From positions 22,128 to 86,127 of the forward strand of contig MFUZ01000002.1 in the NCBI GenBank assembly GCA_001785865.1: 64,000 nucleotides of DNA, read 5' to 3'. Below the pieces are notes generated by a model, which had not been told where the DNA came from, did not search any database, and saw only the letters and a program-made list of their open reading frames with translations. Both the position numbers and the translations under genes were made by a program. This document shows, piece by piece, positions 39,320 to 51,889 of this stretch (position 1 is the stretch's first letter; each line of letters begins with the position of its first letter). This DNA is from Candidatus Nomurabacteria bacterium RIFCSPLOWO2_01_FULL_41_18 (lineage in GTDB: Bacteria; Patescibacteriota; Minisyncoccia; Phycocordibacterales; UBA9973).

Positions 39320-42283
39320 ATGAAAGATTCTAAAAAATCCTTTAAAGAAGAATGTAAAAAGTTAAATAAAGCCCAAAAAGAAGCGGTGGATACTATAGAT
39401 GGCCCTGTAATGGTGGTCGCAGGTCCGGGAACGGGGAAGACTCAGATATTAGCGCTCCGTGTAGCAAATATTTTGACCAAGACAGACATCAAAGCAGACA
39501 GTGTTCTGTGTCTTACTTTTACAAACTCTGGTGTAAAAGCTATGCGCGAGCGTTTGCGAACGTACATCGGAGTCGAAGCATCCAAAGTACACATTTCTAC
39601 TTTTCATAGTTTTGGCATGAATATGATCGAGAAGTATTTCCGTGTTCTAGATTTGTATGAAATGCCCCAATTAATGGATGAGGCTGATTCTGTGGCGCTC
39701 TCCGATGCGATTTTAAATGACAATGAATGGAATTATATCCGTCCAAAATCAGACGCTTCTAGATATTTTAACGACTTAAAGAGTTTAATTTCACTTTTGA
39801 AACGTGAGCGGGTAGACGGAGAGACTTTTGGAGACTTGATAAAAAAAGAAATCAGTAATTTGAAGTCTAATCCGGAAAACATTTCTTCGCGCGGTGCGAC
39901 AAAGGGAGAGCTCAAAAAAGATGTACAAAAAAAGATAGAAGGGCTAGAACGCACACAGGAAGCTCTGAAATTCTACGAATTTTATGAAGAAGTAAAAAGA
40001 GAGAAAAACTTGATTGATTATGATGATGTGCTGGAGAATTTGGTAAAAATTGTAGAGATCTCAGAAGAAGTATCTTTTGATATAAAAGAAAAATACCAAT
40101 ATATTTTGATAGATGAACATCAAGATTCATCAGGTGTGCAAAATGAATTTTTGGAAAAAGTGTGGAAAAAAGAAGAAAAGCCGAATATTTTCGTAGTAGG
40201 GGATGACCGTCAGCTTATTTATGGTTTCGGCGGGGCATCACTCTCTTATTTTGAGAATTTTAAACACGTTTTTGGAAAAGCTAAATTGATAACCCTAGAA
40301 GAAAATTATCGTTCTACAGAAAATATTCTAAATATATCTCACAGCCTGCTTCAAAGCTCTATCACCGAGGGGAAATTGAAGACTAATCATGATGAAAACC
40401 ATCCAATTCGTTTGGTTGAAGCTAGTTATCCACGAGATGAAGTCATTGCTTGTGCGCTAGAAATACAAGATAAAATAAAGCACAAAGGAAATATAAATGA
40501 AATGGCAATTCTGGTACCTAAAAACAGACATGTGCGTAGCGCTCTAACTATCTTGCGGAACATGGGGATACAGGTGGCAGGAGGAGAGAAGCTGAATTTT
40601 TTTGAGTCCGACGAAGCGCAAGCAATTCTTCGAGTTTTAAAAATAATCGCATATCCAGCAGATGGAGTTGCTGTATCCGAATCTTTTTTTGATAAGTTTT
40701 CAGAAATTTCGCCCCTAGAAGCGCACAAGTTTGTAAAAGAGAATTATATGCGAGAATTTTCTATTCTTGATGTTTCCAAAGATAACCCAAATCTTTTTGG
40801 AAACGAAAATCCTGTAAAAATTTGGATAGAAAAACTGAAATCTTGGATAGAAAAGTCTGCTGATTTGAATTTATATTCGTTATTACAACATGTTGGTTCA
40901 GAATTTTTGCTTGATACTGCAAAAAATCATGAGGATTTGGTTGTGAGAGTAGAAGTGGTGCGTACGCTTTTGCATTTAGCACTTGGACAGCTAGAAAAGA
41001 ACCCAAAAGTTACTTTGAAAGAATTTTTAGAATTTATTAACCGTCTAGAATCTTATGGCGAGCATATTCCACTTGCGGTATTTTCGAGAGATGAGGGGGT
41101 AAAAGTGCTTACTTTACACGGCGCAAAAGGCTTGGAATTTGATTACGTTTGGATTGCGCATATGGATGAAAAGTCTTTGTCTGGTGGCAGATACGGTGGT
41201 TTTACACTTCCAGAAGTTTTAGAGGAAAAAGTTGAGAAGAAAGATGAAGAAGTTTTAAAACGTCAGTTGTACGTGGCTATTACTCGAGCGAAAAGATTCT
41301 GCACTCTTTCTTATGCATTAAAATCATACACTGGAGGAGATCAACAACTTGCAAGTATCGTGGCAAATTTGGATGAACATTTTGAAAAACAAAATGCAAG
41401 TGAAACAGAGAAAATAATTTTGAAACATAATCCAAAGATATACATCGCGGATTCTGATGTAGGGAAGAATGAGAAAAAAAATACTACAATATCAGATCTT
41501 CAAAAATTAGTGGCAAAAGATTACGAAGATAGAAAAGTGTCAGTATCTCTTTTGAACAATTTTTTTGAGTGTCCGTGGAAATGGTATTTTAGAAATTTAC
41601 TTCAATTGCCAGAAGAAAAAAGTGAAAGTCTAGATTTTGGGAATAAAGTTCATTCTGCTGTTGATAAAATTTTGAAATTTACCCCGCCTAGCTCAGGCGG
41701 GGTAAGAAAAATACCCAATCAAAAAGAACTAGAAGAGATAACAAATAATGATAAAGAAGTCTTGAAAATTATTTCCAAATGGGTGAAAGACAGGCTGCCA
41801 GAGATAGAATCAAAAAGAGAGAATGAAAAAAGTATTTCAGTTAATGATGAAAGATTTTCTAATTTAAATATTTACGGAAAATTAGACTTGATAGAGAATT
41901 TGAATGATAAGAATGTGCGAGTTACGGATTTTAAAACCGGAAGTGTTAAAAAGAAGGGAGATATAGAAAAGATAGATAAAGAGGGTAGAATGAGCACATA
42001 TATGAGGCAACTTGCTATGTATTCATATTTGATTAAGCAAAGTCCAAAATGGAAAGTGGACGTCACCGAATCACGTTTGGAATTTTTGGAAGCAAAAAAT
42101 GAAAAGGAAAGTATTTATGATACAGTTATTCAGAAAGAACAAATAGATTTACTTATTCAAGATATAAAAGATTATGATGATTTAGTTAAAAAAGGGGAAT
42201 GGGTAAACCGTCCCTGCAATTGTAATTCTTATGGTAAGAATACAGAATGTGAATATTGCAAAATGGCAGGGATTTATAAATAA
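39320..42283 (+). CDS. UvrD-like helicase fused to PD-(D/E)xK nuclease (AdnAB/AddA-like)
   Basis: AGPGTGKT, LTFTN, IDEHQD, VGDDRQ, NYRS, TLHGAKGLEF, YVAITRA; GKLDLI..DFKTG..QLAMY; Cys cluster. Confidence 0.9.
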   Translation: MKDSKKSFKEECKKLNKAQKEAVDTIDGPVMVVAGPGTGKTQILALRVANILTKTDIKADSVLCLTFTNSGVKAMRERLRTYIGVEASKVHISTFHSFGMNMIEKYFRVLDLYEMPQLMDEADSVALSDAILNDNEWNYIRPKSDASRYFNDLKSLISLLKRERVDGETFGDLIKKEISNLKSNPENISSRGATKGELKKDVQKKIEGLERTQEALKFYEFYEEVKREKNLIDYDDVLENLVKIVEISEEVSFDIKEKYQYILIDEHQDSSGVQNEFLEKVWKKEEKPNIFVVGDDRQLIYGFGGASLSYFENFKHVFGKAKLITLEENYRSTENILNISHSLLQSSITEGKLKTNHDENHPIRLVEASYPRDEVIACALEIQDKIKHKGNINEMAILVPKNRHVRSALTILRNMGIQVAGGEKLNFFESDEAQAILRVLKIIAYPADGVAVSESFFDKFSEISPLEAHKFVKENYMREFSILDVSKDNPNLFGNENPVKIWIEKLKSWIEKSADLNLYSLLQHVGSEFLLDTAKNHEDLVVRVEVVRTLLHLALGQLEKNPKVTLKEFLEFINRLESYGEHIPLAVFSRDEGVKVLTLHGAKGLEFDYVWIAHMDEKSLSGGRYGGFTLPEVLEEKVEKKDEEVLKRQLYVAITRAKRFCTLSYALKSYTGGDQQLASIVANLDEHFEKQNASETEKIILKHNPKIYIADSDVGKNEKKNTTISDLQKLVAKDYEDRKVSVSLLNNFFECPWKWYFRNLLQLPEEKSESLDFGNKVHSAVDKILKFTPPSSGGVRKIPNQKELEEITNNDKEVLKIISKWVKDRLPEIESKRENEKSISVNDERFSNLNIYGKLDLIENLNDKNVRVTDFKTGSVKKKGDIEKIDKEGRMSTYMRQLAMYSYLIKQSPKWKVDVTESRLEFLEAKNEKESIYDTVIQKEQIDLLIQDIKDYDDLVKKGEWVNRPCNCNSYGKNTECEYCKMAGIYK

Positions 42284-42288
42284 AATTT

Positions 42289-42549
42289 ATGGCACATTTT
42301 AATTCCAAAGAGGAGGAAGAACAAGAAGGTCAAACGCAAAGAGAATTACAACTCAAACTTGAACTTGAGCTCGATATGGAGCTTAGAAAAGAACAGGAAT
42401 TAGAAAAAGAAGAAGAACGTAAAAAGGAACAGGAGAAGTCGTTGGAGTTAGAACTTGAAATAGAAGAGGAGCGAAAATTGGAACAAGAACTCGCAGTAGA
42501 AGAGGAAATAGAAAAGGAAGAAGAAAGAAAAAAAGACGACGACGATTAA
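42289..42549 (+). CDS. Highly acidic low-complexity coiled-coil protein
   Basis: E/K/L-rich with repeated LELELE..RK..QEL. Confidence 0.55.
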   Translation: MAHFNSKEEEEQEGQTQRELQLKLELELDMELRKEQELEKEEERKKEQEKSLELELEIEEERKLEQELAVEEEIEKEEERKKDDDD

Positions 42550-42622
42550 GAAATACCGGTGGGTGGTTTCTAGAAAAATTCAAAATCTTGTAATTTTGTC
42601 TTTTTGTCGCTAATATAGCTAT

Positions 42623-43552
42623 ATGCTTGATGACCAACACGAAATCATTCTTTTCTACAAATATGTCTTTATAAATAATCCGGGAGAGGTGAAAGCCTGG
42701 CAGGAAGAGATGTGTAAGAGATTAAGCCTAAAAGGAAGGTGTATTGTCGCTATCGAGGGAATAAATGCTACTTTTGAGGGGACGAAAGAAAATATAGAGG
42801 AGTATATAAGAGAACTTGAAAAAGAAAAAAGATTTTTAAACATACACTATAAGAAAAGTACAGGGACGGGGAATGCATTTCCAAAACTTTCTATAAAAGT
42901 TCGTAAAGAAATTGTGTCGCTACATTTGGGAACTTGCGACATAGATCCTAATCAAATCACCGGAATACATTTAAAACCTGAAAAGCTTCACGAATGGATC
43001 AAGACCGGGCGTGAATTTTATATCGTGGATATGCGAAATGCTTACGAACACAAAGTGGGGCATTTTGAAAATTCAATTTTGCCACCGATTGAAAATTTCA
43101 GAGATTTGCCGAAAGTTGTGGAGCAAATTGCGCATTTGAAAAATAAAACTGTGCTCACTGTATGCACTGGTGGCGTGCGTTGTGAGAAAGCTTCTGGATT
43201 TTTGGTTACGCAGGGGTTTACGGATGTGTATCAGCTCGATGGGGGAATAGTGAGCTATATGGAAAAATATCCAAATGAAGATTTTCAGGGAAAGCTGTAT
43301 GTTTTTGATGGACGGGTAACTATGGCTTTCTACACAGATGATGTTAAGCATAAAATAGTAGGCAAGTGTGACAGTTGCAAAGAACAATCTGAAAATTATG
43401 TAAATTGCGCGAATCCAGTTTGTCACAGACACTTTATAAATTGTGAAAAATGTCTTAGTGAAAATGACAGGAAAGCATTTTGCCCTGGGGGTTGTGTATT
43501 ATCTCGTCATGGACGCAAAATTAGCCCAGTTGAGGCGGATTTGGTAAGATAA
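42623..43552 (+). CDS. trhO: Rhodanese-domain tRNA U34 hydroxylase (UPF0176)
   Basis: LFYKY, EGINAT, DMRNAYE..GHF, CTGGVRCEK, YQLDGGI, VFDGR. Confidence 0.88.
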   Translation: MLDDQHEIILFYKYVFINNPGEVKAWQEEMCKRLSLKGRCIVAIEGINATFEGTKENIEEYIRELEKEKRFLNIHYKKSTGTGNAFPKLSIKVRKEIVSLHLGTCDIDPNQITGIHLKPEKLHEWIKTGREFYIVDMRNAYEHKVGHFENSILPPIENFRDLPKVVEQIAHLKNKTVLTVCTGGVRCEKASGFLVTQGFTDVYQLDGGIVSYMEKYPNEDFQGKLYVFDGRVTMAFYTDDVKHKIVGKCDSCKEQSENYVNCANPVCHRHFINCEKCLSENDRKAFCPGGCVLSRHGRKISPVEADLVR

Positions 43553-43558
43553 TAAAAC

Positions 43559-44344
43559 ATGAAAAAAGAAACAAAAAAGGCTACAGAACATCCACTTTCT
43601 ATATTGGCGAATCAGGCTTATGAAGCTTTTGCGGAGATGGGTTTTGAAATTGGAACCGGGCCGGAACTTGAAAGTGACTGGTATAATTTTTATGTCTTGA
43701 ATTTTCCAAAGGATCACCCAGCACTTGATATGCAGGACACTTTTTGGATCAAAGACCCGAAGAAGCTTGTTGAAAATTCTTCCGCATTCCTCCAACCTTC
43801 GGTCGGAACCTTCCGCGGAGAGAATTCTCAACAAGCTTCTTCTCTCGTACTTCGAACGCACACCACAACTGTCACAGCTCGTGAACTTGAAAAGGCTGGC
43901 AAAGAGGGCAGACTGCCCGCTGCTTTTATTTCTGTGGGTAAGGTTTTCCGAAATGAGGCAACTGACATCACTCACGAAATGCAATTTTTTCAGATAGATG
44001 GAGCGATGGTAGGCGAAAATATTTCTCTTGCTGATTTGAAAGGAGTACTCACGAATTTTTACAAAAAAATGCTTGGAGAAAATACCGAAATAGAATTTAG
44101 GCCAAGTTTTTTTCCTTTTACCGAACCATCCATTGAAGTTTTCGCTAAATTTAATGGCAAGTGGCTGGAAATGATGGGTGCAGGAATGCTTCATCCGAAT
44201 GTTTTGCGTAACATTGGTCTTGACCCATCGAAAGTCCAAGGTTTTGCTTTTGGCGGAGGGCTGGACCGTATTGCGATGATCAAATGGAATATTCCCGATG
44301 TGCGTTTGTTTTATCAAGGAGATCTAAGGCTCAATCAGTTTTAA
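43559..44344 (+). CDS. pheS: Phenylalanine-tRNA ligase alpha subunit (no N-terminal coiled coil)
   Basis: HPL, NFYVLNFPKDHPA..QDTF, LRTHT, FRPSFFPFTEPS, GFAFGGGLDR. Confidence 0.95.
   Translation: MKKETKKATEHPLSILANQAYEAFAEMGFEIGTGPELESDWYNFYVLNFPKDHPALDMQDTFWIKDPKKLVENSSAFLQPSVGTFRGENSQQASSLVLRTHTTTVTARELEKAGKEGRLPAAFISVGKVFRNEATDITHEMQFFQIDGAMVGENISLADLKGVLTNFYKKMLGENTEIEFRPSFFPFTEPSIEVFAKFNGKWLEMMGAGMLHPNVLRNIGLDPSKVQGFAFGGGLDRIAMIKWNIPDVRLFYQGDLRLNQF
43759..43842 (-). mobile_element. Family C structured coding insert, copy 3 (pheS)
   Basis: 21-bp arms (1 mismatch) flanking a 42-nt core; encodes ENSSAFLQPSVGTFRGENS between QDTFW and LRTHT. Confidence 0.85.
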
Positions 44345-44350
44345 TACTTT

Positions 44351-46198
44351 ATGAAAATTTCTTACAATTGGCTTAAATGGTATATACCGGAAGCTCCTAC
44401 AGCAGAGAAACTTGTAGATATTTTCAATTATCATCTTTGTGAAGTTGAAACTTTAACTCCCATCCTTGGGGAGGAGGGGGTAGGGGGTGGTGATTATGTT
44501 TTGGATTTAAAAATTTTACCAAATCGCGCGCATGATTTACTTTCGCATCAAGGCCTTGCTCGCGAGCTTGCATCGCTTCTAAATATTCCATATGTTGACC
44601 CGACCCCGAAATACAAAATTCCCACCTCCGCTAAAGCTACGGCGGGCAAGCCTGAATTGAAAATTTATGTGAAAACATCTCTTTGCCGGAGATATATGGG
44701 AAGAATTGTGAGAAATATAAAGGTGGGACCATCACCACAATGGGTGGTCGATCACTTAGAATCAATAGGGCAGAGAAGCATAAATAATATGGTGGATGCT
44801 GCGAATATTGTTATGTATGACTGTGGTCAGCCAACTCACGTTTTTGATTTGGACAAAGTGAAAAATGAAATAATCATTCGTGATGCCAAAGATGGGGAGG
44901 ATTTGACTACACTTGATAATAAAGCAGTAAAATTAAAAAACTCAAATGTAGTAATTGCTGATTCTAAAAATGCTCTGGCTATCGCCGGCATAAAGGGCGG
45001 GAAAATTGCCGAGGTAGGCAATAATACGAAAAATATAATTCTTGAGGTTGCCAACTTTGATCCTACATCTGTTCGAAAGACAGCTCAAGCCTTAAATATT
45101 TTTACTGATGCGAGAAAGCGATTTGAAAATGATTTATCTCCAGAATTAGCGTCTTATGCAATGTTGGAGCTTTCTGCACTTATTTTTGAAATGTGCCCGG
45201 AGGCTGTTTTTGAGGATGTTGTAGATGTTTACCCGAACTCTCAAGAGGGCGGGTTTATCCGAAAACTTTCTTTTTCAACTGATAGAATTTCAAAGATTTT
45301 AGGTTTAAAGGTTTCCGATAAAGAGATAGAAGATATTTTAAAAAGGTACGTAATTAATTACGTAATTAAAGAAAACAAGTTTGAAATTACTATTCCTCCT
45401 ATGCGCCTAGATCTAGTGATAGAAGAAGATATGGCAGAAGAGATAGGCAGGATTTTGGGATACGATAAAGTAAAAGGGAATATTCCTAAAATAAACTTCA
45501 AACCAAAACAGAATGAAACTTATTCAAAGATAACTTCTGCGAGAAATAAATTGCTTGCGGATGGGTATAGCGAGGTTATGACCTATTCTTTTTGTGATAA
45601 GGGAGAGATTGAAGTGCAAAACAGCGCTTCTGATAAAAAGTTTTTGCGGACGAATCTAACTGACGGACTGAAAGAAAGCATAAAATTAAACCGCTTAAAT
45701 GCTCCGTTTTTAGGAATTGAACAGGTCAAGGTTTTTGAAATTGGAACTATGTTCAAGAAAAGTGGGGAAGAAATGCATGTGGCGTATGGAGATAAAAAAG
45801 GGATTAAAGAAGAAAAATTAGAAGAATTTAGCGAAAAGCTGGAGAAAAATTCTTTGACTTTCCTCCAGCCTTCGGCCGGAACCTTCCGTCCGAAAAATTC
45901 TTCTCCAGCTTTTCGCATGTGGTCACTTTTTCCTTTTATTGCGCGAGACATTGCTGTGTTTGTTCCTGAAAATGTAAAAAGTTCTAAAGTATTAAAAATT
46001 ATTAAAGACAATGCAGGGGATATGGTGGTAAGAGGTCCGGAGCTTTTTGATGAATTCAAAAAGGAAGGCAAAGTTTCCTATGCGTTTAGAATAGTTTTTC
46101 AATCTTATGACCGCACCCTGACAGACGGAGAGGTGAATGAAATCATGAATAAAATAACTGACAAAATTAAAGCAAATAATGGTTGGCAGGCGAGATAA
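44351..46198 (+). CDS. pheT: Phenylalanine-tRNA ligase beta subunit (short form) with several in-frame inserts
   Basis: MKISYNWL, LPNRAHD, GQPTHVFD, RLDL..EEDMAEEIGRILGYD, RDIA..RTLTD. Confidence 0.95.
   Translation: MKISYNWLKWYIPEAPTAEKLVDIFNYHLCEVETLTPILGEEGVGGGDYVLDLKILPNRAHDLLSHQGLARELASLLNIPYVDPTPKYKIPTSAKATAGKPELKIYVKTSLCRRYMGRIVRNIKVGPSPQWVVDHLESIGQRSINNMVDAANIVMYDCGQPTHVFDLDKVKNEIIIRDAKDGEDLTTLDNKAVKLKNSNVVIADSKNALAIAGIKGGKIAEVGNNTKNIILEVANFDPTSVRKTAQALNIFTDARKRFENDLSPELASYAMLELSALIFEMCPEAVFEDVVDVYPNSQEGGFIRKLSFSTDRISKILGLKVSDKEIEDILKRYVINYVIKENKFEITIPPMRLDLVIEEDMAEEIGRILGYDKVKGNIPKINFKPKQNETYSKITSARNKLLADGYSEVMTYSFCDKGEIEVQNSASDKKFLRTNLTDGLKESIKLNRLNAPFLGIEQVKVFEIGTMFKKSGEEMHVAYGDKKGIKEEKLEEFSEKLEKNSLTFLQPSAGTFRPKNSSPAFRMWSLFPFIARDIAVFVPENVKSSKVLKIIKDNAGDMVVRGPELFDEFKKEGKVSYAFRIVFQSYDRTLTDGEVNEIMNKITDKIKANNGWQAR
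44457..44492. repeat. Family A palindrome in frame in pheT (TPILGEEGVGGG)
   Basis: CTCCCATCCTTGGGGAGGAGGGGGTAGGGGGTGGTG. Confidence 0.65.
45831..45916 (-). mobile_element. Family C structured coding insert, copy 4 (pheT)
   Basis: 21-bp arms (1 mismatch) plus a C/A closing position flanking a 42-nt core; encodes KNSLTFLQPSAGTFRPKNS. Confidence 0.85.
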
Positions 46199-48397
<2,199 letters not shown>

Positions 48398-48398
48398 A

Positions 48399-48704
48399 TT
48401 ACTTTTCTCCTTTTAGTATTATTTTTTTCTCAAATCCTCCTTTCTCAGCAAGTTTCTTCTTTCTGATTTCTTCTACATTTGCAAACTCTGGGAGTTTTTT
48501 AAAAGCTTCAATAACTTCTAAAATATCTGCTAATTCTTCAATATTTTCTGCTGCTAAAAATTCCCCTACTTCTTCGGCGAGTTTCTCTAACAATTTTTCC
48601 TTGTATTCCTCTGGAGTGGCCATTATTTTCTGATAGGGAATACCTTTGGTATCTAAATGTTGAGGTATTTTATCCCTAACTAATTTTTGGTAACCTTCTT
48701 TCAT
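48399..48704 (-). CDS. MazG/HisE-like nucleoside triphosphate pyrophosphohydrolase
   Basis: KLVRDKIP, KLAEEVGEF, EELADILEV, KGGF. Confidence 0.85.
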   Translation of the reverse strand: MKEGYQKLVRDKIPQHLDTKGIPYQKIMATPEEYKEKLLEKLAEEVGEFLAAENIEELADILEVIEAFKKLPEFANVEEIRKKKLAEKGGFEKKIILKGEK

Positions 48705-48707
48705 AAT

Positions 48708-50498
48708 CTACTTCTTATTCTTTATCTCCTCCAAAAGTTTTTTGAGGAGTTCTTCTTTTGATACATACGACTTACTAGTCTCAGCACCTTCCTCACCTTT
48801 GTTCGTCGGCATTTGACCGCTGTCCCTAGATTCTAAAGTGAGTTTCCCAGTCTCTATTTCTTTATCACCGACTACTATCCAATACGGGATTTTATTATTT
48901 TTTGCATCACGGACTTTTGTGCCGAGGTTTAGGTCTGCATCATCAAATTCTGCGCGAATATTATTTTCTTTCAGGGTTTCAAAAATCTGTTTTGCATATT
49001 CATTATGATTTGCACGCACAGGGATTACCTTAACTTGCACTGGCGAGAGCCAGAGAGGGAAACAGCCAGCAGTGTGCTCAATCAAAACCGCAAGAAATCT
49101 TTCGATTGAGCCCATGATAGCGGCATGAATCATCACTATGCGTTCTTGTTCACCTTTTTCATTAATACAAAACAAATCAAATCTTTCTGGCATATTCATA
49201 TCCAGCTGAATAGTGGCTACTTGATGTTCTCGTCCGATAGCATCTTTTGCCATAAAGTCTATTTTTGGTCCATAAAAAGCAGCTTCACCCACAGCTTCTA
49301 TTGCTTTCTCTCCACTTTTTTCAATTATTTTTCTGAGGGAATTTTCTGAATTTATCCAAACTTCTTCAGTACCCAAATACTTTTCCATATTTTTTGGGTC
49401 ATGAAGAGAAAGGCGGGGTTTCAAAACGAATCCAAAAGTTCCATAAAAAGTTTTGACAATATTGTAAATTTTTTCCATCTCAGAACTTGCATCTTTTAGT
49501 CTGCAGAATACATGAGCATCGTCTTGAGTAATAGAACGCACTCTGGAAATACCACCCAATTCTCCAGTCTGTTCATCACGATAAACCTTGGTTGTTTCTG
49601 CGTATCTTTGAGGAAGTTCTTTGTAGCTCCACTGTTTTCTGTTGTAAATTTGGGTGTGATGCGGACAATTCATTGGTTTCATAGCAAAAACATGTTCTTC
49701 ACGAGTATCTATTTTAAACAAATCATCTTTAAATTTTTCCCAATGTCCTGATTTTTCATAAAGTTCCTTTTTTGTTATGTGGGGAATGTCTACTCGCTCG
49801 TATCCAGCTTTCTTGCGAAGTTCCCAAACGAAATTATCTAGTAAATCTCTAACCAATGTCCCTTTTGGAGTGAAAAGAGGAAGCCCCGCTCCGACGAGTT
49901 CCGAGAAAGTAAACAAATCCAATTCCTTACCCAATTTTTTATGATCTCTTTTCTCAGCCTCTTCTCTTTGTTTTAAATATGATCCCAATTCTTCTTTGGT
50001 TTCAAAAGCGAGTCCATATATACGTGTGAGCATTTTGTTTTTTTCATTTCCGCGCCAATATGCCCCAGCCACGCGGTCCAGCTTGAAGGAGTCAGGATCT
50101 ATTTCTTTTGCCGGATTTTCCAAATGTCCACCACGGCACAAATCGGTAAATCCACCACAAGTGTAAGTGGTTATTTTTTCACCACGCTCGGCTATTTCAT
50201 TTATGAGTTCGGCTTTGTATTCGTTTTTGAAAAATTCCAAGGCTTCGCCCTTACTTATTTCTTTGTGTTCCCACTCTGTCCATTTCGGCAGTTTCTTTCG
50301 CATTTTATCCTCTATTTTTTTCAAATCCGTATCAGTTATTTTTTCTCCACAAAAATCGATATCGTAATAAAAGCCGTTTTCTATGGCCGGACCGAGGGTG
50401 AGCTTGATTTTATCGAATTTATATATTTCTCCGACTGAGGCTGCCAGTAGATGTGCCAGAGTATGTCTCGTATTCTCTATTTTGTCCGTTTTTTGCAT
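48708..50498 (-). CDS. thrS: Threonine-tRNA ligase (lacking TGS domain)
   Basis: RHTLAH, DLCRGGH, GAYWRG, RDHKKLG, KPMNCP, FYGPKID, GSIERF. Confidence 0.97.
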   Translation of the reverse strand: MQKTDKIENTRHTLAHLLAASVGEIYKFDKIKLTLGPAIENGFYYDIDFCGEKITDTDLKKIEDKMRKKLPKWTEWEHKEISKGEALEFFKNEYKAELINEIAERGEKITTYTCGGFTDLCRGGHLENPAKEIDPDSFKLDRVAGAYWRGNEKNKMLTRIYGLAFETKEELGSYLKQREEAEKRDHKKLGKELDLFTFSELVGAGLPLFTPKGTLVRDLLDNFVWELRKKAGYERVDIPHITKKELYEKSGHWEKFKDDLFKIDTREEHVFAMKPMNCPHHTQIYNRKQWSYKELPQRYAETTKVYRDEQTGELGGISRVRSITQDDAHVFCRLKDASSEMEKIYNIVKTFYGTFGFVLKPRLSLHDPKNMEKYLGTEEVWINSENSLRKIIEKSGEKAIEAVGEAAFYGPKIDFMAKDAIGREHQVATIQLDMNMPERFDLFCINEKGEQERIVMIHAAIMGSIERFLAVLIEHTAGCFPLWLSPVQVKVIPVRANHNEYAKQIFETLKENNIRAEFDDADLNLGTKVRDAKNNKIPYWIVVGDKEIETGKLTLESRDSGQMPTNKGEEGAETSKSYVSKEELLKKLLEEIKNKK

Positions 50499-50530
50499 GT
50501 TTTCATGATAACACATTTTTAAATTTTAAA

Positions 50531-50605
50531 AACCCCTCCTAGCCTCCCCTTGTCAGGGGAGGGAAAATTCAGCAAGTCCCCCTTGATAAGAGGGATTAGG
50601 GGGTT
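50531..50605. repeat. Family A REP doublet
   Basis: AACCCCTCC..CCTCCCCTTGTCAGGGGAGG..CCCCCTTGATAAGAGGG..GGGGGTT. Confidence 0.78.
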
Positions 50606-50640
50606 GTATTTTAGTTTCAATATGCTAGTATAAGCCTATT

Positions 50641-50871
50641 ATGGTAGTACGAATGAGGAGCACAAAATCACATACAGGAAACAGGCGTTCGCATCATGCC
50701 CTAGAGAGTACGAGTTTTGCCAAGTGCGAAAATTGCCAGGTTTTAAAAAGACGCCATACGGTATGCGCGTCTTGCGGGTACTACCGGGGAACAAAAGTTT
50801 TGGATTTGGTAAAGAAAACTGAAAAGAAGCAAAAGAAAGAAAAGGCAAAAAAGGCAGAAGCAAAGAATTAG
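50641..50871 (+). CDS. rpmF: 50S ribosomal protein L32
   Basis: RRSHHAL..CENC..HTVCASCGYYRG. Confidence 0.95.
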   Translation: MVVRMRSTKSHTGNRRSHHALESTSFAKCENCQVLKRRHTVCASCGYYRGTKVLDLVKKTEKKQKKEKAKKAEAKN

Positions 50872-50940
50872 TTATGACTCCCTTTGCGCCATAGTGCGCT
50901 CAGGATGCTCATAAATTATATTCTCTACGTTCATTAATTT

Positions 50941-51885
50941 ATGGCAAATCGGCACCTTTCAAGATCAATAGTTCTTCAGACGCTTTTTGAGTGGGATTTC
51001 TTACCCGCAGAAAAAAAAGTGGATGTTTCTTCAGCTGAAGAGATAAAAAATGCGTTGCGCCGAAACATGAAAGAATTTGCGCCCGGTCTCGAAGACGACG
51101 CTTTTGTTTTCTCGCTTCTAGATGAAATTCTTAAAAAACAAGTTACGATAGATGAGATAATAGAAAAAGCTGCGCCAGACTGGCCGATAGATAAAATATC
51201 AATAGTTGATAGAAATATTCTAAGGATTGGATTGACTGAACTTCTTTTCGGCGACAGGTCCCAAGTGCCTCCCAAAGTGGCGATCAATGAAGCGATCGAG
51301 CTCGCGAAAACTTTCGGCGGAGAGAACTCAAGTAAATTCGTAAATGGTGTGCTCGGGGCAGTATACAAGGAGATAGGTGAGCCAGACAAAGGACATCAAA
51401 AAACCTCGGGTAAAAAAAGAGAACACGCGGAGTCCAAGAAATCGGAACAAGTAGATGTGGCGAAACTGCCGGTGGAAAACCTCGGGGGTGCGCTCGTATA
51501 TGCAAAACTGGATGGCAATATTTTGTTTGGGCTGGTGCACGACGTATTCGGCTACTGGACCTTGTCAAAGGGTAAAGTTGAGGCGGGGGAGGACATAAGA
51601 GAAGGCACCTCAAAAGCGATCAAGAAAGAGATCGGGCTCGATATTCAAATAGAAGAAAAGCTCGGGACCAATGAATATGTGGCCAGCCATCCCCAAAAAG
51701 GCAAAAGCCTAAAAAAAGTAGAATATTTTCTAGCTTCGAGCGAGTACAAGGAGTTGGAGCTGGAGAAGTCAGGAGGGCTAGACGGTGCGAGGTGGTTTGA
51801 GATGAAGGAAATTCCGGAGCTTCGCATTTATAACGATATCATCCCACTTATTGCCAAGGCAGTTGAAATTATAAGCAAAAAATAA
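50941..51885 (+). CDS. nusB: NusB fused to degenerate Nudix domain
   Basis: RHLSRSIVLQTLFEW, DRNILR, VAINEAIELAK, FVNGVLG; C-terminal WTLSKGKVEAGE..KKEIG. Confidence 0.9.
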   Translation: MANRHLSRSIVLQTLFEWDFLPAEKKVDVSSAEEIKNALRRNMKEFAPGLEDDAFVFSLLDEILKKQVTIDEIIEKAAPDWPIDKISIVDRNILRIGLTELLFGDRSQVPPKVAINEAIELAKTFGGENSSKFVNGVLGAVYKEIGEPDKGHQKTSGKKREHAESKKSEQVDVAKLPVENLGGALVYAKLDGNILFGLVHDVFGYWTLSKGKVEAGEDIREGTSKAIKKEIGLDIQIEEKLGTNEYVASHPQKGKSLKKVEYFLASSEYKELELEKSGGLDGARWFEMKEIPELRIYNDIIPLIAKAVEIISKK

Positions 51886-51889
51886 CTTT

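Noticed and set aside
48768-48810. Possible insert near the ThrS C-terminus (MPTNKGEEGAETSKS)
   Set aside because: Looks like extra sequence, but no clear hairpin or second copy was found, so it was not assigned to a repeat family.
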